This document shows positions 39,791 to 52,296 of a stretch of 64,000 nt of DNA, one piece after another. Origin of the DNA: Eledone cirrhosa (lineage: Eukaryota). The position numbers and the translations under genes were made by a program. The stretch spans positions 16,306,001 to 16,370,000 of the forward strand of contig OZ024759.1 of NCBI GenBank assembly GCA_964016885.1. Reading direction: 5' to 3'. A model generated the notes under the pieces. The model saw only the letters and a list, made by a program, of their open reading frames with translations, was not told the origin of the DNA and made no database searches. Numbering within the stretch: the first letter of the stretch is position 1; the number at the start of each line of letters is the position of its first letter.

Positions 39791-40277
39791 GTAGAAGGGA
39801 TATTTAATTTGTTGGAAATACAACAAATAAATATAAATGTTTATAACTGATTCAGAGCACTCAACAAGTTTCTGGAGTAAATATTCAATGATAGGGATAA
39901 TTTGAACCGTTAAGGTATATTATCCTTGGTTATGTCAAATATTTATAAAACATTTTGTATTTTATCTGATGATAGCGTACCAAAATTTTGGTTCCTTGAA
40001 ATATATATAATTGAATAAATATGGTTTTATAAATATAGTTTCAATTTATTTAATATCATTGTATATATATATATATATATAAAATTTGCCTCGGTTGCTC
40101 TTGAAATATATATAATAAAATAATTATGGTTTTATAAATATAGTTTCCATTTATTAATATATATTGAATATTTACTCCACTAATATGTTGAGTGCTTTAT
40201 ATCAGTTATAAACATTTTAAAGCTTGTTGAATCCCAACAAATTAAATACAACCTCTCTCTACACACATATATATATG

Positions 40278-40360
<83 letters not shown>

Positions 40361-40605
40361 ATCGTGTAGGTGTCACGACAAAAAAACACACAGTCCACGC
40401 TGTAATGTGGCCGTGTAGGCAACACGGTAAAAACCTCCCAGACCCACACTGTAAATGTGGTTGGTGTTAGGAAGGGCATCCAACTGTAGAAAACCTGCCA
40501 GACAGTCCTATGCGAGCAAGACAATCACTCTTGCCTCAAGTGGGACTACCCCCGTCCAAACCCATGCAAGCGTGGAACACGGACGTTAAACGTTGATGAT
40601 GATGA

Positions 40606-40641
<36 letters not shown>

Positions 40642-40950
40642 AAAGTTATATTTAAATTGTTGGGTTAACAACGAGTAAATATTTATAACTGGAGGACATG
40701 ATATGAAGGCTAAAAAACACTTGTGGATAGTGCAGTTTTAAATCATGTCCTCCTGTTTTATCTGATGAAAACACAAATATTATTGCATGATGATGTTTGT
40801 TTTTGAAATGCGCATAATAAAATACATGGAACTCCTTTAACCATCTTTTGATCTTATATATTATGTATACTCCAGTCCTACAAACTGTAGAGTGCTTCTT
40901 ATCCGATATCTGCATTGCTTTATTGTACTACAATAAAACTCACCTCCTAC

Positions 40951-40983
<33 letters not shown>

Positions 40984-41704
40984 AAGATAGAAAGTTGACT
41001 GCAATTAAATATATCTATTTTATTTGACACTCAAAAGATCTTATTACTAGTTTATCGTTTTTCCTTTAAAATATCCTGTGGTATTTGAGACGCTTTGAGG
41101 AGCTGGGTCGCTGACAACGAAGTTCTTGACATCGTTGGCGGCTCGCCTTACCGAAGTATCAGGTAATGCCTGTGAGGGGACGTGGTTATTCCAGCATCTT
41201 AGTCTCGCTATCACCCACGGTAATGCTGCCAGTGCGTTGGCTTACCTCAAAGCGTATTAGGAGGTTCCGGCACCACTTGAGGCTTGTAACCGGTTGACAT
41301 AACTTAGTGTTGCCTTAATATTTTCTTTCGTTTTGATTCTATATTTTAAATAATTGTTTCTACTTTTGGCACAAGGCCAGCAATTAATCAGTACATTACT
41401 GGTACTTTATTTTTTTAGACTCCGTAAGGATGAAAGGCAAAGTTAACCTCGGCGGGATTTGAACTCAAAATAGCAAGGCGTAAGTCTATGCTAGAAAGCA
41501 TGGCGTCTGACCCTCTACCGATACTGCCAATCCACCAGATTTTAAATAATGATGATAATAATAATTGTTTCTACTTTTGGCACAAGGCCAGCAATTATCC
41601 CAGTGTATTACTGGTACATTATTTTATCGACCCCATAAGGATGAAAGGCAAAGTTAACCCGATTTGAACACAGAACGTAAAGGGACATAACTCTATGCTG
41701 CAAA

Positions 41705-42075
41705 ATGAATTTATTGTGTACAGTGTTCAGGTGCACTACAACTCATCAAAGGGGCATGTATAGTACATAGAATAATATAAAAATGTCAGGAAAGTGAACA
41801 GTGTATGAGTTATGATATACATGTGTGCATGTGTATGGAGGGGGAATATCAGGTGTAGTGTTGGCGAATTTCAGGAAGCATGGATGTTTTAAAGGATGCA
41901 GTGTCTTGGCAGCTAACAACTGATGAAGGTAGTTTGTTCCATGCTTCAGCAACTCTGAGCGTGAAAAAATGTTTCCAAAAGTCATGGGAGCTGTGCTGTT
42001 TTCTGACTTTGTACGCATGCCCACGAGTGTTAGATACACGGAATTCAAAAAGGTGCTCATGTGAAATATCTATGT
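41705..42075 (-). mobile_element. CR1-like LINE 3' end
   Basis: SNTRGHAYKV...HFFTLRVAEAWNKLPSSVV...SFK. Confidence 0.8.
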
Positions 42076-44704
42076 AATCAAATAATAGAGATATATGTGT
42101 GTTTGTGTTAATGTAAGTATTATAAATATATTGAGTTATTAACTTAATAGTAGTGTTAACCCTTTAAGATTACGGATAACTTTCTGCAATTTTCTGTCTT
42201 TCTTTCTTTTATTTTATAAACACCTGGCTGCCATATGAAGCTACTATGTATTGGCATGACCACCAAAGGAAACTGGGTACACCCTACAATATGTCAGACA
42301 GCATCCACTTGCTTCAAGGCCACCTCCATGACGCTCCTCCCTCTAGCAGTGCAATACCTATACTCCAGCATCCCCTCCTTCCCCAGCACGACCATGTTCA
42401 CTGACCATCCTAGTGCTGATGCCACTACTAGAGCACTCAATCAACCCAGTTAGGTGGTAGTGCTGGTGCCACAACGAAAAGCAACCAGTCCACCCTGTAA
42501 AGTAGTAGTGCCGGAGTCATGATAAAATGCTCTTGGTACATGCTGTAAAGTGGACGGCATTAGGAACGTCATTCAGCCATAGAAACCATACTCCTAGTAC
42601 ATGCTGTAAAGTGGTTGGCATTAAGAAGAGCATCCAGTCATAGAAACCATGCTTCCAGTGCACTCTGTAAAGTGGTTGGCGTTAGGAAGGGCCTCAGCAG
42701 GTGTCGCCCTTCTAACCCATGCAAGTATGGAAAATAAATGATGATGATAATGACGATAACTATATCACAAGTAAGGAGGTCATGGAAAAGGCCCGATTGA
42801 GTTATGTGAGGAATACCATCGCCATATGATGGCAGAAGTGGCTTTGCTATGCGCTACGCATGTCCACTAAGGGGGACATATGAAAGAAGGCAGACCCATC
42901 AAGACCTGGTGGTGGTCATTGAAGAAAAATCGAGTAGACATGCTCCTGACCTTGCCTTGTAGCTGGCCCTTGACAGGGTTTACCACCATGCAGAATGGAA
43001 ATCTTTCACCACACAGTGCACCATAGGAAGCAAAAAGGAACTAAAGAGAAAGTCTGCAAAAATGCAGACATCACACACAAGGTCGTGTGATGTAATTTTA
43101 ATAGAATTCACTTGTTCTGATAGAGGTTTATATCAAAATTGTTAAACTTGGGGTGGGTCATGTTGCCAATAAAAATACACACATCAGGTGTATGAGTTTT
43201 TTATTAGTAACATGACCCTGCCATCATTATCATTATCACCGTTTAACGTCCGTTTCCCACGCTAGCATAGGTTAAATGAGTTGTCCCATTGTGAGACAAG
43301 CCAGGTCAGATGACCATGTCTTGCTCATACAGAATAGATTTTGACTTGGTTTCTACAGCTGGAAGCCTTTCCTAACACCAACCACGTTACAGTGTGGACT
43401 GAAGACTTTTGGTCGTGACACCAACATGACCACGTTACAGTGTGGACTGGGCACCTTTTGTCATAACATATACATGACCTCTTTACAGTGTGGACTGGAC
43501 ACTTTTTGTCGTAACACATACATGACCACTATACAGTGTTGGCTGGGCACTTTTTGTCGTGACACCTACATGACCACTATACAGTGTTGGCTGGGCACTT
43601 TTTGTCGTAACACATGTATCACCACTTTACAATGTGGATTGGGCACTTTTTGTTGTCACCAACACGACCACTTTGCAGTGTAGACTGGCCGTTTTTTGTC
43701 CTATCAATATATAACAATACCTACTTCTAGGAGTGTTGAGCGATTTAGGAATTTTTGAAAATTAACAACTGCAACACACGTTTATTTTTTTATAATGAAA
43801 AAAAGTGGACAACACCACCTGTAATACGAATGGCACTGTGCATTTTTTTCTGTCTCCAGGGGCTTATATACCCTACTTATTAGACTATTTTTAGTTTAAA
43901 AAAAATAAATTGTGCATTGTAGCTGTTAACTTTACTCCAAGAACTCATAACAGTACCTGCTTTAATCCTTTAGCATTTACATTACTCTATATTTACTATT
44001 GTATTTTCATAGTAAAAGCTTTACCTTACATAATTATCTCACATAATATCAAATCTATGAGATTTTGATATTATTTATTTTGAGAACAATACATAAACAT
44101 CAGTATGAGTGACTGGTTACAGCCAGTTTGAACAGAAAGAGGTGAGAGAATTCTGGCTGGATATGACCAGTCTAAAAGCTAAAGGGTTAACTTAGGATTT
44201 CACCTCAAGAATCTTGCAAACAAATACCAAAACAAAGTTTATATCAGCAATTCTCATTAATATTGAAATGTATTATTTCCACCATTAAATTTCTACTTTT
44301 AAAGTAACCTTTATATCTTATACTGCTTCTTTCTTATTTCAGAATATCAGATGACATTGGTATACTCATGAGTATTTATCATCTTTTAAAGACCAAAGGA
44401 AGATGTTTTACAGAAAAGATATAAAACCCTGTCTATATAAATTTATGATAGAATCTGTGGTAGAATTACTGTGAAATATTTCCTTTGAGGGAGATACATA
44501 GCAATTTTTGGGGGCTATTTCTCTGTCTGGAATGTGTGCAAGATGATTTTACATTCTGATTAAACTTGGACAAAATTATACAAAGAAGTTTGCAACATCT
44601 TCAAATCACAGTTGTTAAATGTAAAGTGGTAGAAATATTTAAGAATAAAATATAAAAGTGAAAGAAAGAAAATATATTTATATTGTGGTGAGAGAAGAAA
44701 AATT

Positions 44705-45535
44705 ATGGAAGATGAATTATGTGAGAACCGTTCTAAAAAGAATTTTTCTGGTGAGATGCGGAACCAAAAAGTGAAAACTCCGTACCATTGTGATGTCTGT
44801 AAAAGGTCATTCTCTGGAAAAGGTAACCTAACTACTCACAAACGTATTCACACAGGAGAGAAACCATATCACTGTGATATCTGTGGTAAATCATTCTCTC
44901 ATATAACTACCTTAAGTAACCACATACACATTCATACAGGAGAGAAACCACATCACTGTGATATCTGTGGGAAATCATTCTCTCATTTACTTACCTTAAC
45001 AAACCACAAACGTACTCATACGGGAGAAAGACCATATCACTGCGATATCTGTGATAAATCGTTCACTCATGGAGCTAACTTAAGTAAACACAAACGCATT
45101 CATACAGGAGAGAAACCGTATCACTGTGATATCTGTGGTAAATCATTCTCTGAAACAAGTAAGTTAACTAGTCACATACATGTTCATACAGGAGAGAAAC
45201 CATATGACTGTGATATCTGTGGCAAATCTTTCTCTGATCCAGGTAACTTAACTAAACACAAACATATTCATACAGGAGAGATGCCATATGAGTGTGATAT
45301 GTGTGACAAATCATTCTTTCAAAGACGTCAGTTAACTGAACATAAACACAGTCACACTGGAGAAAAGCCTTATCGCTGTGAGATCTGTGGTAAATCATTC
45401 ACTCGAAATAGTACCTTAACTATCCACATACGTATTCATACAGGAGAAAGACCATATCACTGTGATATCTGTGATAAATCATTCTGTCAAAGAAGTCACT
45501 TAACAAGACATTTATTTGTTCATACTGAAGAGTAA
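44705..45535 (+). CDS. C2H2 zinc-finger protein ZNF-E, 9 fingers, 276 aa
   Basis: Intact ATG-to-TAA ORF with all Cys/His ligands present. Upstream acceptor at ~44342 and AATAAA at ~45584. Confidence 0.92.
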   Translation: MEDELCENRSKKNFSGEMRNQKVKTPYHCDVCKRSFSGKGNLTTHKRIHTGEKPYHCDICGKSFSHITTLSNHIHIHTGEKPHHCDICGKSFSHLLTLTNHKRTHTGERPYHCDICDKSFTHGANLSKHKRIHTGEKPYHCDICGKSFSETSKLTSHIHVHTGEKPYDCDICGKSFSDPGNLTKHKHIHTGEMPYECDMCDKSFFQRRQLTEHKHSHTGEKPYRCEICGKSFTRNSTLTIHIRIHTGERPYHCDICDKSFCQRSHLTRHLFVHTEE

Positions 45536-45759
45536 CCAAATCAGTATTAAAAGGCATTCTGTGTTAAAGAAATATATATATATAAATAAATGTAGCAATA
45601 TCCATAAGTGTGTAAAAGGAAAACTGTGCTCAATCAGGAAGAGGGCAGAAATATATTATTTATTTATGTTCATCATGTATGAACATAAATAAATAAATAA
45701 TATATACATATATTCTTATACACACCTATATATATCTCCAGTCTCAGCACCGCAGACAC

Positions 45760-46135
45760 TATGCTCCGTTGGATGTGCAGTGTAAATGTGCGTGAACGAC
45801 CCAGCATAAATGTGTTGAGAGAGAAACTGTGTCTGAGAGGGATAGAATGTAGTGTACGGGAGAGGAGACTGAGGTGGTATGGACATGTGGTGCGCATGGA
45901 GGATGACCGATGGGTGAAGAAGTGCCAGGAAATGCCAGTTGAAGGAAGACGTGGTAGAGGTAGACCACGAAAAACATGGGCGGAGGTGGTGAGAACAGAC
46001 CTCAGATCATTGAAGCTCACGGGGGAGATGACGAGGGACCGTGACGAGTGGAGAGATGCTGTGCTGAATAAGACCCGTCCCACCCTTGCAAGCAGGGAAA
46101 AGCGGACGTAAAATGATGATGATGATGATGATGAT
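45760..46135 (+). mobile_element. RTE LINE 3' fragment (similar remnants ~47900-48370, 51950-52240 minus, 52700-53090, 61450-61740)
   Basis: MLRWMC...RLRWYGHVVRMEDDRWVKK...GRGRPRKTW plus an (ATG)n tail. Confidence 0.9.
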
Positions 46136-46447
46136 CACCATTTAATGGACGTTAAACAATGATGATGATATATATATATACGTACCGAGTCAGCGATACT
46201 GAGACCAGGGAGACCACTAATGATGGGAGTACTCAATCCAGAGGGGATATAGAGATATGTTCTCGTCTCCATCGTGAGATTTTACACATCTCTCACTGTA
46301 TATATATATATATATATAGAAATGGATTCTACAGAGCTAAACTGTTTCATTCGAATGAAACAGTCTAGTCTTGTGGAAGCCATTTCTATTTTAAATATTT
46401 ATACTCTGCTATATATTGAGTACTTACTGTGGTTACCCCCGATTGAT

Positions 46448-46484
<37 letters not shown>

Positions 46485-49400
46485 GATTCAGGACCCCGAC
46501 AGCTGAGCTAGACCTAGCTGTCGAAACGGCTAGAGCTCAGCTGTCGGGATGCTGAATCTTTTCATATTACCCACTCTACTAGAGTATTCTGGTGGGTTAT
46601 GGCCCACCTGGTATCTTACCACACCCTCTCTGATATATATATATATATAATGTACACCAGTTTTCCAACCTGGAGTCCCCAGACCCTTGGTTGTCTTCAA
46701 AGGTATTTCTAGGTGTCTATAAGTTATGTTCAAATGTTCAGTTTCATATAAACTTAAATAATATACACATACTGTTGGGTGTCCATTTTCCCCTAAGTAT
46801 GAGAATGAATCAAAAAGTAATTTAATTTGTTTTATTATATAAGAAATATATATATTATTTATTATAGAGTTCAATTCTGAGACCAGGTGATGTGTTGTTT
46901 CCTTGAACAAGACACTTTATTTCACATTGCTCCAGTTTACTCAGCTGTAGAAATGAGATGAGATGAGAGGGAGTGGGGTCCCTATCATTCCACTGCGAAG
47001 TGGTCGTGGAGATGCCACGGCAAAAAAGCACCCAGCTCTCACTGTAAATGAGGTTGGTGTTAGGAAGGGCATCCAGCTGTAGAAATCAAGCCAGAATCAG
47101 TTCCCGTCCCACCCTTACAAGCAGGGAAAAGCGGACGTAAAAAATGATGATGATAAAAAAGGTGAGGTCAACTTCGCCTTTCATCTATTTGAGGTCAATA
47201 AAAAAGTATCAGTCTAGTACTGAAGTCAATTCTTCCTCTATATCTCTTTCTCACTTCCCTTCTCTCGCTCTTTCTATTCTTCTCTGGAAGAAATCTGCTG
47301 TACTCAGGCTTGAAGAAGGATGAGCTCTGCCAGGTTTTAAAATGCCCAAGAAACGCTGTATGTCAATAGGGTGCTTCTATGACTCCCTTGGGAGTTATGG
47401 AACCAAGAAAGCATATAGCAAACATGTCATAGATCTAGATATAGCTATACATCACAGGTTTACATCCCTTCTTATCATAGTTACCTCCTCTTTCAATGGC
47501 CGTCTTCTACCTACGAATGAGGGCATGTATTCCAACATAATGACCGCCTCTTTCAATGAAAGTTTGAGCAGAAAAAGGTGACAATACTGGTCGGATACAG
47601 CTGTTTAAATGCTAAAGGGTTAAATCAACCCCAGTGCATTACTGGTACTTTATTTTATTAACCTTGTAAGGATGAAAGGCAAAGCTAATCTCGGTGGGAT
47701 GTGAACTCAAAACGTAGCGGCTAAACTCTATACCATAAAGCATGTCTGATGCTCTACCAACAATAATTCTATGTACATGATGAGATAATGTTCCTCTGTG
47801 ATATATTTAATAAAATTCTTTCAAAATATTCATATAGTCTGTGTATTTATTTATTTTATATGGTAAATTGTGAACAAAGACATTGTTCTAGATTCACTGG
47901 TTCATTGCATTTACAGTGGGGAAAGTGACATAGGAGTGTCTGTAACTCAATGCAAAACAAACATCGCAAGGGACCTTGGTTAAAAAAAACAAAAAAAATG
48001 TTCGTTTTTTACAGAGGCGATAGGAATAAAACCAGTGATTAACGTTGTGGAGAGAAATTGAATGAGATGGCTGGGTCATGTGTTGAAGAAAGAAGGTTGA
48101 TCATAACTGGGTGAGGGGAATAGAGCCAGTGAAATATGTTGTGAAGAGAAACGGAGTGAGATGGTTGGGTCATGTGTTGAGAGGAGAGGTGGAAATGAAT
48201 GTGAAAGGAAGGGGGAAGACCAAGACAGACATGGCTGAAGATAATGGTAGAGGAAATGAAAGCTGTGGTTTGGTAAGGCCTTGGATGCAGACAATAAGGT
48301 AAAATGGAGATGCTTGTTATGGGGCCCAGCAACTCTAACCCCTTCTCTAGCAGGGAAAATGTCTGTGAAACATTTGTGTTAATAAAATAAAAAATATTCA
48401 ATTTTTCCAACTTCTGAAAATCATTGAATAATTTATATCTTTATATTGATGAAACAACGGTGAATTCGGCAGAATCAGTAGAGTGTCAGGCACCAGTGAC
48501 GTTGCAAGTCATTTCTACAGCTGAGTGATCTGGAGCAACGTGAAATAAAGTTTCTTGCTCAGGAACACAATGCTTCACCTGGTCCAAGAATCAAACACAC
48601 AACCTCTCAACTGCAAGCCCAACGTTCTAACCACTAAACTGTGCCTTCACACACACACACACATATATATATCATCACCATCGTTTTAATGCCCGTTTTT
48701 CTATGCCTGCCTGAATTGGACAGGTCCTTTACTACTGAGCATCTCTCCATTTGTCTTGATCCTTCATCAACCCAGCAGTGAGATTCAGTGATTTGAGATC
48801 AGCAACATCTCCTTTCCAACATGGACTAGTTCGAGCAGGGAGATGGTTGAAGCTCTTCTATGATTGAGAGAGTTGGGTTTGTCTGTTTCTGATAAGGTGG
48901 AGGACAAACAGAGACAGAGTTTCGGACAGCATACATTCGAAGGCCACCTTTGACTCTCTTCAACCAATCAGATCAGTTCTCAAGATGCTGCTTACTGTCT
49001 GCTACCGTCAAATACTCAGGTGATCGGGTTGATACCCAACCCATGGCTAACATTGGTGGCCTACTCAGCTTTTATGAGCTTTGTGTCCCATTGCCCTCAG
49101 AGTGGGAGCCAGTGTCTGTATGGGTCTGAAAAGTCGGTGTGGTAGGCTCCTCAACTCCACAGGCCTTCATGGTCTATCTTGCGACTGGAAAGCTGGTCGC
49201 TTCGCGCGTCACACTGAACAAAACCTATACATCAAGAGAGCTTTGGCCCAGGCAAATACCCCCTCAATTTTGGAACTGTGTGGGTTATCCAGAATTGATG
49301 AGTAAAGGCCTAGCGGTCTTAACCCGTGACCTTGGATAAGAGGCAGGTGTCTTATCTGGGACGTCACAGTTAGTGACTCTTTTGCTTCTTCCCACATCCT

Positions 49401-50013
49401 GAATGGTGTGGTTAGGGCAAGAGCTACAGTTTCCGGAGCCGAACGGAACAAAATTCTGTCGGTTAACCACCTTTTCCAGCCTGTGGCATTCGAGATGTTT
49501 GGGTGTTCCAGAGCAACAACCTCACCATCACCTGAAGTAATGCCGCGAGCGTGCTGGCTTGTCTAAAAAAACTTAGAGAGGTTTTCCAGTGTTCTGTTCT
49601 GGTAGCAGTTCGTTTGTCCCCTTTCGCTTGCATTTTGTTGTATGTTGTCCTAGATATGAGTATTACCTGCTTGTGTGTTTTTTCTTTTCTTTTTTATTTA
49701 TCTACTTGTAATATTTGTTTCTACTTTAGGCACAAGGCCAGCAATTAACCAGTGCATGACTGGTACTTTATTTTATCGACCCCGTAAGGATGAAAGGCAA
49801 AGTCAACCTCGGGATTTGAACTCAGATCGTAAAGGGACGTAACTATGCTGGAAAGCATGGCGTCCGACCCTCTACCAATACTGCCAATCCACCGCCCTGT
49901 ATCTACTTGTAATATTATATGGTCATTTGTTAAAAAATATAGCTGTGAATGGTTTAAGGGAGGTCAATCTCATTTATTGAAACTAAATCAGCGGATGTGC
50001 GGTTTTGCGTCAA

Positions 50014-50059
50014 CCGGAAGTCGGAATGGTTTCTTGGTCATCTAAAGGTAAGATGGCGG
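50014..50059 (+). promoter_or_regulatory. POLR3E proximal promoter motifs
   Basis: ETS/GABP motif CCGGAAGT at 50014-50021 and YY1 motif AAGATGGCGG overlapping the ATG, in a locally CpG-rich stretch. Confidence 0.6.
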
Positions 50060-52260
50060 ATGAAGACGATCCGGTGGTGCACGAGGTTAGTCAATGTATT
50101 TACATTAGTTTGCTAAATAATTGATTCGTGTTAAATGTATTGTACAATTGTCACAATGCAAAGATCTGTGCTTTTAGTTGGGATGTATCAACTGTAATTG
50201 AGTGATTTTAGCTTTGCTTATACGTAATGTCGCGTGTTACCTAGTTGTTTTGTGTTCAGACCTCGTCGGACCATAAAATCCCTACTTTGAGGGGAGGGAG
50301 TTTCAGTTACACATGTACCTTGTACCAGTAACTGGTACAAGACTTAGAATAGGGGACGACCATTCAAGCAGTTGTACATCTCACCCTAACAAACATGTCG
50401 ATTTTCTTGCGTTTTAAGTAGACAGCAGTCGTCAGTACATAATAAAATGTAAATACCTGATAGATCTGTATAAGTAAATTCCGAATGATTTATTAGTAAA
50501 ATAAAAAGAAATATCACAACATACATGGACATCACTCTATCTCTTCTCCACGTATTTTCTGGGATATTGTATATGTAAATTCAGAATGATTTATTAGTAA
50601 AAGAGAATGTTTAAAATTAAATATATTTGATGATAATGATTAAAGAAAATACGAAAGATTGAATGTAAAACGAAATTAGTGATCGAAAATTCTACTTAAA
50701 ACGAAGAAAAGCTGCAGTTTGTATCTTTACATCTTTTTGGGCTCAATTAAACACATAGCAGTCATGTGCTGAGGATTGATCCTATCGACTATAGCCTTGT
50801 TTTCGAGTTTCTGTTCTTTGGATAATGTAAGAATGGGTATCTCCATCCCGGGGTATCATTGCCAATGTATTTCGTTTCGGAAATTGTTTTTCTTGATCGG
50901 TTCGATTCAGTGTATATATGTATAAGTAAGGACCCGTAATTCCTAGAGGAGTCGTAGAGGCGCCTTAGTAACATACTGTGTGTCTTGGGCATTTAAAAAA
51001 TAAATACTGACGCAGTCCATCCCTTCTACAGGTCTGAACACTGCCGATTTCTTCCACAGAGAGAGAGAGAGAGGGAGTGAGAAAGATATATAGAGAGGAA
51101 GAATTGACCCCAGTCCTAGACTTGTTCTTTATTTATTAACCTCAAAAGGGTAAAAGGTAAATTTGACCTCAAAGGGACTTGAACTCAAGGCGTAGAGATC
51201 TGGAACGAATACCGCAAATCATTCTGTCCGACGTTCTAATGACTTTGCCAATCCATCGTCTATCATTTACAAGTACATACACACATATATGAATTTCGAA
51301 ATCGCTCCCAATTTTCTACTTCGAAAATAAAACTGGCATCCTACCCATCAGTATTTTGTGCTCAATCAGTTAGTGTTGAACCTTTTAAATATTATGGTAT
51401 CTTAAATACACATCTAACATACATAATATATATTACCATAGGCATATATATGAAAGCATATACGATATGTTTATGTATAATAAACGTGTGCCACATCAAT
51501 TGTACACAGTTATATTTAGGTTCGTGCTTGGTGGAATTGGAGGAGGTTTCAACGTTTCGGAATTAAGTCTTTCATCAGGAAAGTTTTCTGTCTGATGAAC
51601 GGATTCAGACGCCTCTGTTAGAATCGTCTGACTTCGTGAAACGTTGGCTAATAGAATAATTATATTGTGTTGTTTATTACATAATTAAATAGCTCTGTAC
51701 TATACAGAGCACTCTTCTTTCCTTTACCTTTTCCACGGAAATACTTAACATATATATATATGCATGTATATTACTCTATTACGTGCTCCAGCCAACAAGC
51801 TGAAGCCATGCTGCACAATACATGGGCCCTTTCCATTTGACATTCTGTGGTTGATTTTTTTTTGTAAAATTTTTAATCTGATGCAATTTTACATCCTGAT
51901 TACAGACATTTGAACTTTATATATATATATATATATATATCTAAGGCAGGTAAAATTCCCGAGATCCATGGACGAGTTCTCACCAGCGGTCTCTGTCCCT
52001 CATTATCGCTGCCATGTCCTGCGTCTCCAACAGACCAGTGTCTGTCGTTAGGGCATCAACATACGTTAACCTTGGTCTTCCTCTTCTAGTGTGTCCATGT
52101 AGGGGCTCCCAAAGGAGCACTGAGTGCAATGTCAACTCTGGATGTCGGTGAGCATGTCCAGCTAACCTCAGTCTCCTCTGTGTCACTTTTGAGTTGACTT
52201 TTGGGATGCTACCATACAGCTCTGAGTTTTTCATCCTCAGTGTATACTGATTAATGTTGA

Positions 52261-52296
<36 letters not shown>

